Of a stretch of 64,000 nt of DNA, positions 57,439 through 64,000 are shown in pieces (position 1 is the stretch's first letter; the number at the start of each line of letters is the position of its first letter). The notes beneath the pieces were generated by a model. It did no database searches. It saw only the letters and a program-made list of their open reading frames with translations, and was not told where the DNA came from. The position numbers and the translations under genes were made by a program. This DNA comes from Acidobacteriota bacterium (lineage in GTDB: Archaea > Nanobdellota > Nanobdellia > Woesearchaeales > DATGWN01): the NCBI GenBank assembly GCA_035299465.1, contig DATGWN010000047.1, positions 716-64,715 of the forward strand. The letters are read 5' to 3'.

Positions 57439-58095
57439 ATGAAACCTCAGTATTTCCACTTCAAAAATAAGGATCGAGATATTGCGCGATTGGTAGAAAT
57501 GCCAGACCGTGCGCAGTATGCTACTATCGTATCCAATCACGTTACTTCTTTGTATTCTCAGTTGCCAGCTAAATCTTTTGGAGAAATCGGCGATAAACAA
57601 GCATTCATCAAAGAAGACTTGGCTTCGTTCTTGGCCGGCGAAAAACTGTTCAAACATATCAGAGATGTCAGAGTCTTTTTGCACCAAAACACGGAATTAA
57701 CTGAGCGCATTGTAGGAGAAACATCGGTTCGGGCATTCGTTGTTGCATCACCACAAGTCAATTTGGATTTAGTTTATTCTCACATTTCCCAATGGCAGCA
57801 GCACATGATCAACCATACTTATGAACGAGGACGGCAATTGATGAGCGATTTTGCTCGCCGCGGCGTCCATTTCGATGATGTTGCACTTGCACTGACAGTC
57901 AAACCTCAGCCAAAAATCAAGATACGCTCTCATGTTGAGTCTGATCTACGCGCAGGAAATAGAACGTGCGTGTACGTACTTTGCCAAGAATATATCCCTG
58001 GCGAACATTCACCAGACGCAGGTCCGGTCGAAATGCACCATACGCCAATTTTTGAATTCCATGCGCATTGCTCGCCTATCGTTCTTCAACGTTAA
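57439..58095 (+). CDS. hypothetical protein
   Basis: 218-aa ORF. Confidence 0.5.
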   Translation: MKPQYFHFKNKDRDIARLVEMPDRAQYATIVSNHVTSLYSQLPAKSFGEIGDKQAFIKEDLASFLAGEKLFKHIRDVRVFLHQNTELTERIVGETSVRAFVVASPQVNLDLVYSHISQWQQHMINHTYERGRQLMSDFARRGVHFDDVALALTVKPQPKIKIRSHVESDLRAGNRTCVYVLCQEYIPGEHSPDAGPVEMHHTPIFEFHAHCSPIVLQR

Positions 58096-58547
58096 GCCAT
58101 CGCTTGTAAATTCGCAAGCGCCATTCGCTCTTCTTGCAGATTCATCTCTAATTCGCGCGAAACGTCGTCAAAGCCAAGGTCTGCGGCAATCTTTATGATA
58201 TTTTCATACGAGCTAATCTCATAATGTTCTGCTTTCATCGCGGCGCCAAGATTGTATTTATCCAGAATCACTTTTGTGGGCTTTTCCGATTTGAAATGTT
58301 TATATTCACGCGCAAGACCGATGATGGCATAGCATGTCTCCGGTTTTGGTTTCATGCCAAGCATGCGAAATGAATTCTTGATTCGTTTGACGTGATTCTT
58401 TGTCTCGGCAAGATGTATCTTGTATGCGCTTTTGATGTCTTTTCTCGTCGATTCTTTGGCGAGAGTTTTTAGCATTTTCACCTGCTCTTGTTCTGCGAAA
58501 AAGATATCTTTTAGTTCATGTGCGAGTAATTCTTCGTCTGTTTCCAT
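58092..58547 (-). CDS. ferritin-like DUF892 (YciE/YciF-type) protein
   Basis: 'LKDIFFAEQEQ' and 'HLAETKNHVKRIKNSFRMLG' match DUF892. Start placed at 'METDEE' with a GGAGGA RBS 3 nt upstream. Confidence 0.65.
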   Translation of the reverse strand: METDEELLAHELKDIFFAEQEQVKMLKTLAKESTRKDIKSAYKIHLAETKNHVKRIKNSFRMLGMKPKPETCYAIIGLAREYKHFKSEKPTKVILDKYNLGAAMKAEHYEISSYENIIKIAADLGFDDVSRELEMNLQEERMALANLQAMA

Positions 58548-58610
58548 GGTTCCTCCATGGCGTTTTATGTCTTTAATCTCACATAAATATTTTGCATATA
58601 CATGCATATT

Positions 58611-58967
58611 TCACTGATACATCAAAGAACGTGATTCGACTACACGATATCCAAACGGACTGCCATTGGCTCTATCCATGATTACAACATTGCCTTTCTC
58701 GTTGACCCAGATGCGTTGTATCTGCGTTCCGTTTCGAAACGTATTTGCGAAGTATTCTTGGGCAAATAATCCACGGCCAATCGTCACCGGCTCTTGCGCG
58801 ACGAGCTCAAAGATTTCGACTTTGATATCGCTTTTTGGCGTGTCATAGAATATGAGTTCGACTTTATCGCCAATTTCCAAATGTCGTCTTTGAGGTAACT
58901 CGGAGATATGCTGGGCGCAATGATCGAGCAGAAATTCGTCAAGTTGTTGAAATGATTTTAGCGGCAT
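58611..58967 (-). CDS. hypothetical protein
   Basis: 118-aa ORF. Confidence 0.4.
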   Translation of the reverse strand: MPLKSFQQLDEFLLDHCAQHISELPQRRHLEIGDKVELIFYDTPKSDIKVEIFELVAQEPVTIGRGLFAQEYFANTFRNGTQIQRIWVNEKGNVVIMDRANGSPFGYRVVESRSLMYQ

Positions 58968-59002
58968 ACCTACTTACAGATGATACTTATTCAAATACAT
59001 TT

Positions 59003-59698
59003 CTACTTAGGCAATTCAAGGAGCAATATGTCGCATTCCTCTAACGTGGTTATGAGAAAGTCTTCATCGGTTATCTTTGCGGCGTCGCCAGGTTTGAGTT
59101 CTTGGCCGTTGATATCGATCTTGCCGTCAACGACGAAAATGAAGATGCCAAATGTCTCTTTTGGAAACGTATACTCAATTTCTAAATTAGGCTCGAATTG
59201 GCCGCGACTTATTGTCGCGTCGGCGTTGATTTTGATTGTATTTTCGTCGTCGGGATGGACAAGCGTTACGAATTCGTTGTAATTCTCTTCTAAGTCGAAT
59301 GATTTTTGCTCGTAGCTTGGCTTGATGTTTAGTTCACGCGGTGCGATCCACAGCTGGATGAAATGTACGGGTTGGTCGCCTGCGAATTCTGAGTGTTCGA
59401 TTCCCGTGCCAGCACTGATTCGCTGCACGTCGTTTTCGTTTAATGTCTCTTCGTGGCCCATACTGTCTTTGTGCTTTAATTGCCCTTCTAAGACAATGGA
59501 GACTATTTCGAAATTAGCGTGTGAATGTGTGTCAAAGCCTTTATTTGGCTGGACTTGGTCGTCGTTGAATACTTTTAACGCGCCAAAATTCATGTTGTTG
59601 GGGTCTCTGTAGTTACCAAAGCTAAAGCTATGTCTGGATTTGAGCCAGCCTATTGCTGTCTGTCCTCGGGATTTACTCGGTACTATTGTGATTGTCAT
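59003..59698 (-). CDS. pirin-family (bicupin) protein
   Basis: 'HSFSFGNYRDP...GFDTHSHANFEIVSIVLEG' pirin N-terminal cupin motifs. Start placed at 'MTITIV'. Confidence 0.8.
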   Translation of the reverse strand: MTITIVPSKSRGQTAIGWLKSRHSFSFGNYRDPNNMNFGALKVFNDDQVQPNKGFDTHSHANFEIVSIVLEGQLKHKDSMGHEETLNENDVQRISAGTGIEHSEFAGDQPVHFIQLWIAPRELNIKPSYEQKSFDLEENYNEFVTLVHPDDENTIKINADATISRGQFEPNLEIEYTFPKETFGIFIFVVDGKIDINGQELKPGDAAKITDEDFLITTLEECDILLLELPK

Positions 59699-59772
59699 AT
59701 GAGTTGAAATGACCGAATGATTTATGTATTTTTCGTAAAACATTTTATATACATGGAATATATACCACGTAT

Positions 59773-60003
59773 ATGGTCCAAGCAATGATAGAAATCCCAA
59801 ACGAAACGAATCAGATTCTTAATATCGTGAAAGCGCGATTCAATCTGAAAACGAAGAGCGAGGCTATCGCAAAAATGGCGTCTGAATACGGAAAGACGTT
59901 GCTTGAACCTGAACTTCGTCCGGAATATATTAAGAAACTTAAAAAAATTAGTAAGGAAAAGACTATTCCTATGAGTGAACTTAGAAAACTCATAGAGAAA
60001 TGA
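59773..60003 (+). CDS. putative type II antitoxin
   Basis: 76 aa, immediately upstream (2-nt gap) of the RelE-like gene. Confidence 0.5.
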   Translation: MVQAMIEIPNETNQILNIVKARFNLKTKSEAIAKMASEYGKTLLEPELRPEYIKKLKKISKEKTIPMSELRKLIEK

Positions 60004-60004
60004 T

Positions 60005-60280
60005 ATGTACGCAGTTGTGTTTCGTGATAGTGTGTCAAAGATTCTTAAAAAACTCTATAAGAGAGATAGAGCGATTTATTTTCAAATAATGTCTAAGGTC
60101 GAAGAGATTTCTCTATCTCCCGAACATTACAAGAACTTGCGATATGGAATGAAAGACTACAAACGTGTGCACATAGGTCACTACGTGCTGCTGTTTTCCA
60201 TAGAAGAAAATACCGTAATAATTGAAGATTTTGATCATCATGACGTAATCTATGATCAAAGCACTGGACAACCGCACTGA
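60005..60280 (+). CDS. RelE/ParE-family type II toxin
   Basis: 'KNLRYGMKDYKRVHIGHYVLLFSIEENTVIIEDFDHHDVIY' is typical of RelE/ParE. Confidence 0.65.
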   Translation: MYAVVFRDSVSKILKKLYKRDRAIYFQIMSKVEEISLSPEHYKNLRYGMKDYKRVHIGHYVLLFSIEENTVIIEDFDHHDVIYDQSTGQPH

Positions 60281-60797
60281 CTACCTATATAAACTAAAAC
60301 ATTTAGGCAATGCTTATATGAGCGAATTCAAGAAATCCATAGACACACCGTTATCAGAGCTGACGTTGAGACGGTATGAGAAGCCTTCTTTTACTACACG
60401 TCGTGAGCTTGTGGCAAAGACGTGCTTATCTTTGGGTCTATTACAGCCAGGTGATTCACGGGATGTCATTGTCGATATTTTCTATGTATTATTAGTTGCG
60501 CGTTCGTCACGCAAGGAATTGTCTTCATATGAAGTACGTGAGGAAGTCGTCAAATTGCGACGCGAGAATAATCTTGCGTTACTTGGCATTGCCGATTCGA
60601 ATGTCCGCCGCCAAATTAAGAGATTGCGCGACATGTTCTTGGTTGAGAAAGTCAAGAACAATTATCGCGTGACTGAATTTGAGCAGTTGTCTGCTATTTT
60701 TAATTCTAAGATAGAGCAGTATTATTTTCCTGCGATTTTATCTCGCGTGAAGGAATATGTTTCTACTTGCGATACGGAGTTTAATAAGTTGAATTAG
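60252..60797 (+). CDS. hypothetical protein (possible wHTH)
   Basis: 181-aa ORF. Start may be the internal 'MSEFKK' (60318). Confidence 0.45.
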   Translation: MIKALDNRTDYLYKLKHLGNAYMSEFKKSIDTPLSELTLRRYEKPSFTTRRELVAKTCLSLGLLQPGDSRDVIVDIFYVLLVARSSRKELSSYEVREEVVKLRRENNLALLGIADSNVRRQIKRLRDMFLVEKVKNNYRVTEFEQLSAIFNSKIEQYYFPAILSRVKEYVSTCDTEFNKLN

Positions 60798-60888
60798 AGT
60801 TTTCTTTTTTCTCATATATAGTTTTAAAATATGGTCTGGCTTTTACGCGAAATAGAAGTTATGTGGTTTCCAACCAAGAATACTTATG

Positions 60889-63477
60889 TTAAATACGCAG
60901 CACATACTCAACCAAATCATCAACAACAGAACTGTTTCCGCGATATAATTCAACCAGCAATGAATTGACAATCGGCGTTCGCTTTGGAAACAACCACTCC
61001 ACTACACTTGAAACTGTTCCAGTCGCTTCACCCAAAGCAGCATCGCCTAAGTCTAATTCGCCTTCACGACTATTCGCAGTCAATCCAAAGAATTTCTCAT
61101 ACATTTTGTCATAGTCATACGTATAGGAGAATTGTTCTCCCTTACGCACACGCTGCGAGCGCGCCTGCACAATCCGACCAGAATTTGCTCGAGCTGAGAA
61201 CGCCGTGTAATCTCGTTTTGACTCGAACGAATATTGCGTATCAGGTAATTCAGAATCCAGCGCCAGTCCATCCGCAAGCACGCGGGCACGGTCTGCGACG
61301 TAGACAAGTGCGCCACGCACGTCGTTTGCCAAGACAATTTTCTCAAGTAGCGCTTTGTAGCATTGTTTTTCGAATTCGCAACGTTCGCCCTTGCGAGATT
61401 TGGGGTCGGCAATACCAGGCGAAAGCAGTTGCCCGTCAAGATTGAAGCCAAAGCGGCCGGTGTCGCCGCTGAGTAAACTTCCAAAGCCAAGCGTGGTTGC
61501 GCAGGCATGAACCGGCTCGCCTAATGCGGTGCACAGACGACTCTCCAAGAACGGATCAAGAAGGCTTTTTGTCATGTATATCGGAGCTTTTTTGTTTAGC
61601 ACCGTTGCGGCATCTAGTGTTTGTGCGACGATTTCAAGCGCCGTTTCTACTCTCCCCTGATAGTCGTCAAGCCAATCGGTCGAACTATCCAGACCAAATA
61701 ATTTACAGAAGCGTTCATTGGTTATTGTTGGTGCAAACACCGCGTAATACGGGAATTCTGCAAGAGATTCAAGTTCGCGGGAAATTCTCGCTTGGGTTTT
61801 TGCAGGACTGCGATTTCGTAAATCAAACAGCGCGGCAACGTCAGGATCTTTGCGTAATAAAGGTTCGAATATCGACGAAATGAAATGGATCTCTGTCCAG
61901 TACGCATTTGAAATCCCTTTCGTGGACTTGAGCGTTGCATATTCTTCGAATCGCTTTTGCATATCGATGTAGGACGAAAAGTTCTTGAAAATGAGGGGAT
62001 CCGTCGAATCATCGAACGGATACGATGCCACGTCGCGGCCGTAGCGTTTATGGAATTCAAAGAAACGGCGCATCCAATATTCACAATGGCGTTGTTTTTT
62101 TGATACTGTGTCAAGTCGGCCAGGAATGGAGCGATTCAGCCGAGCCATGACAATATGTTCATCTATGATCGCTTCGTAGATGTCTTCGGTCTTAAGTATG
62201 TCTTGGCCGCCGTAGCGAGCAAGCAATTCCAAGGCGGCATCGTCTCCTTGTTGTGCGCGTTTCCCCACGACGAATAGTTCATCGTGCGTCATGGGTTTAC
62301 GTTCTGTGGCGCCAGTATAATATTGATGCTGCGTATCAAGTTTATTATTTGGCAATGGGAGAAAATGCTGTGCGTATCCCATGGCGTCTATCGTCAAGCG
62401 ACCAGGCACTTCTTTTCGCACAACGAAACCGTTTTGGATCTGGCTGCGATGCATGACTGCTTCGCCGTGGGTGCCTATATTGAATCGGCCTTGTAATTGT
62501 TTTGGCTTTGCGTAGTCGTACTTGTATATATTTTGCCCCATCACAACGAGCGGCTGTAGTTCGAGGAATTTTTGTTCAGTCGCAGTCAAAATGTCTGACT
62601 GGGAATCAAAAGAAATGGAGGTGAACGGTACGTTGCGATCTTTTCCTGGGTGCGGTACGAGCACGGATGAAGGAAACTTATACTCGCCGACAAAATGACC
62701 TTGTGTGGAATTTCCGACGATGTGTAATGTCTGTTTTTCGCCTTTGAGTAGATCCATGATGCGGTCGATTTCAAGCAACATCTCTTTTCTATTGAGGAAT
62801 CCGACTTTCGCTGCGGCTTTTCTTGTCGGATCCAAAGCGGCAACGGTTGCGAAATGTTTCTCTAGTTCAGGCAATTCAAGGTCGCGAACCGATTGTGGTG
62901 CGGCGACTTTCTTCCAATTGTCTGCTTCAGAATCATACGAAACGTGCATCGAGTTTTTAATGTATGAAAACGGAACCACGTCGGGTGTGACTGTAACAGC
63001 GCCATCATTGATCTTGATTATGCCAAATGGAAAATTCAACGCGGCTTCGGCTTGCATCTGATACAGGTTGTAGTGATTGAATTGCAGCGTGCCAGTGAAA
63101 ATGCGTTTTGCCAGTGTCTCTGCATATCGAGGCATGATGACGTGTCCGACTCGCTCAGAGGATTCCACTTCCTGCACGAATATCTCTTTGTTTATGGAAT
63201 CCAAAAAAGGGTCGACTAGCTTTGACTCGCTGCGTTTGAACGACAATTCTCTGCGGATGCTGTCTTTGAGCGTCTGCATTTGTTCGGATACGATAAAATA
63301 TTTTGAAATGAAGAACGGCACGTGCAGTTTGACATTGTGCGAGAATTGGGTCGGATTATGCAGACGTTTGTTTGCGTCATCAATTTCCCAAGCGACGCCA
63401 CGAACCCTACTTTGGAGCATTCCCTCTAGGCTTCTGTCTGCCATGACCCACGTGACTGCGTGCATATCATGAGTCAT
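60889..63477 (-). CDS. large hypothetical protein (862 aa, ORFan-like)
   Basis: Uninterrupted 2.6-kb ORF with balanced composition. No P-loop, polymerase or other motif recognised. Confidence 0.7.
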   Translation of the reverse strand: MTHDMHAVTWVMADRSLEGMLQSRVRGVAWEIDDANKRLHNPTQFSHNVKLHVPFFISKYFIVSEQMQTLKDSIRRELSFKRSESKLVDPFLDSINKEIFVQEVESSERVGHVIMPRYAETLAKRIFTGTLQFNHYNLYQMQAEAALNFPFGIIKINDGAVTVTPDVVPFSYIKNSMHVSYDSEADNWKKVAAPQSVRDLELPELEKHFATVAALDPTRKAAAKVGFLNRKEMLLEIDRIMDLLKGEKQTLHIVGNSTQGHFVGEYKFPSSVLVPHPGKDRNVPFTSISFDSQSDILTATEQKFLELQPLVVMGQNIYKYDYAKPKQLQGRFNIGTHGEAVMHRSQIQNGFVVRKEVPGRLTIDAMGYAQHFLPLPNNKLDTQHQYYTGATERKPMTHDELFVVGKRAQQGDDAALELLARYGGQDILKTEDIYEAIIDEHIVMARLNRSIPGRLDTVSKKQRHCEYWMRRFFEFHKRYGRDVASYPFDDSTDPLIFKNFSSYIDMQKRFEEYATLKSTKGISNAYWTEIHFISSIFEPLLRKDPDVAALFDLRNRSPAKTQARISRELESLAEFPYYAVFAPTITNERFCKLFGLDSSTDWLDDYQGRVETALEIVAQTLDAATVLNKKAPIYMTKSLLDPFLESRLCTALGEPVHACATTLGFGSLLSGDTGRFGFNLDGQLLSPGIADPKSRKGERCEFEKQCYKALLEKIVLANDVRGALVYVADRARVLADGLALDSELPDTQYSFESKRDYTAFSARANSGRIVQARSQRVRKGEQFSYTYDYDKMYEKFFGLTANSREGELDLGDAALGEATGTVSSVVEWLFPKRTPIVNSLLVELYRGNSSVVDDLVEYVLRI

Positions 63478-63539
63478 ATTGTCACTATTTATAAGGAGTG
63501 AGATTCAGATTTATAAATAAAAGTTTCATCGCATTCCTC

Positions 63540-64000
63540 ATGGGGGAAGTCGACACAGTTTTCTACATCAAGCAAGTCTATACTAATCTTGCAATCAACA
63601 AACCATGGCTTGCTCACAGAGATATCGACGACCCAAAAAAGTTTCTCAAAGCGTTGCGACGCAATTCATACTTTCACGGAAAAAGACGAAAACCGATTTT
63701 AGAGGATATTGTACACACTGCGTTTATGGATGCGGACAATACAAAAAAATCCGGGCGAATGAGCCAATATCAACTACACGAGCAAGCGATACTGGAATAT
63801 ATCAAAAATACAACCGACCTTACAATTCCCATTTTTACTGAAGGCACTACGGTCACCGGTTTTGGCAGAGCGGAGAAAGAGGGCATCGATCCATACAGTA
63901 ACTCACATTTATTCACGACACTTTTGATCGCGCACGCATACTATCATCACGATATCTCGTTTCTGAAAAAGCTTCAATTCTGGTCGGTACAGCCTGTGAC
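63540..64000 (+). CDS. hypothetical protein, 3' end truncated by window edge (not in ORF track because no stop)
   Basis: Frame open from a TAA at 63492 to the window end, first ATG at 63540. Divergent from the 862-aa gene across an AT-rich 62-nt spacer containing 'TTTATAAATAAAAG'. Confidence 0.45.
   Translation, partial: MGEVDTVFYIKQVYTNLAINKPWLAHRDIDDPKKFLKALRRNSYFHGKRRKPILEDIVHTAFMDADNTKKSGRMSQYQLHEQAILEYIKNTTDLTIPIFTEGTTVTGFGRAEKEGIDPYSNSHLFTTLLIAHAYYHHDISFLKKLQFWSVQPV

Noticed and set aside
60889-63477. Family-B DNA polymerase assignment for the 862-aa protein
   Set aside because: A loose 'DAMGYAQ' resemblance to PolB motif A (DxxSLYPS) is not supported by motif B (KxxxNSxYG), motif C (YGDTDS) or exonuclease FDIET motifs. 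Left as unknown.
1-64000. CRISPR arrays, cas genes, IS elements
   Set aside because: Scanned for regularly spaced direct repeats and for transposase/Cas signature motifs. None found. The only tandem repeats are the in-frame 30-bp coding repeat (3296-3410) and a short A-rich 18-nt duplication (54470-54505).

Overview
This 64 kb window looks like an AT-rich archaeal chromosome segment, and the most notable content is an uncharacterised seven-gene ATPase/vWA operon at 8359-18575. The archaeal assignment rests on aEF-2/aEF-1alpha/S10 and an L7Ae-S28e-L24e-ndk ribosomal block, an intron-containing tRNA, BRE/TATA-like promoters, oligo-T terminators and class III (archaeal prepilin) signal peptides; the lineage is not resolved (possibly DPANN-like). 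About 70 protein genes are densely packed. Housekeeping content includes a 5'-truncated alaS, the ribosomal block with ndk and aEF-2, and aEF-1alpha-S10 separated from aEF-2 by a 2.7 kb insertion. There are two tRNAs: tRNA-Glu(UUC), and a 104-nt intron-containing tRNA whose spliced anticodon reads UAU, i.e. a putative tRNA-Ile(UAU). Transport and stress genes include a P-type ATPase, a CaCA antiporter, Hsp20, pirin and a ferritin-like DUF892 protein. A complete archaeal type IV pilus locus (23986-34078, all minus strand) contains a FlaI/TadA-type ATPase, a split TadB/TadC-like platform, six class III signal peptide proteins including a 650-aa giant pilin-like protein, and a wHTH/coiled-coil/polybasic protein. 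The operon at 8359-18575 encodes a MoxR/ChlI-like AAA+ ATPase with a novel N-terminal domain, a vWA protein, a second classical AAA ATPase with a degenerate Walker B, and four proteins without recognisable domains, two of them long coiled-coil proteins. No integrase, transposase or CRISPR array was seen. Other notable items are a RelE/antitoxin pair, an 862-aa ORFan, a secreted acidic-repeat protein encoded by 30-bp tandem repeats, and a membrane-anchored wHTH one-component-like protein.
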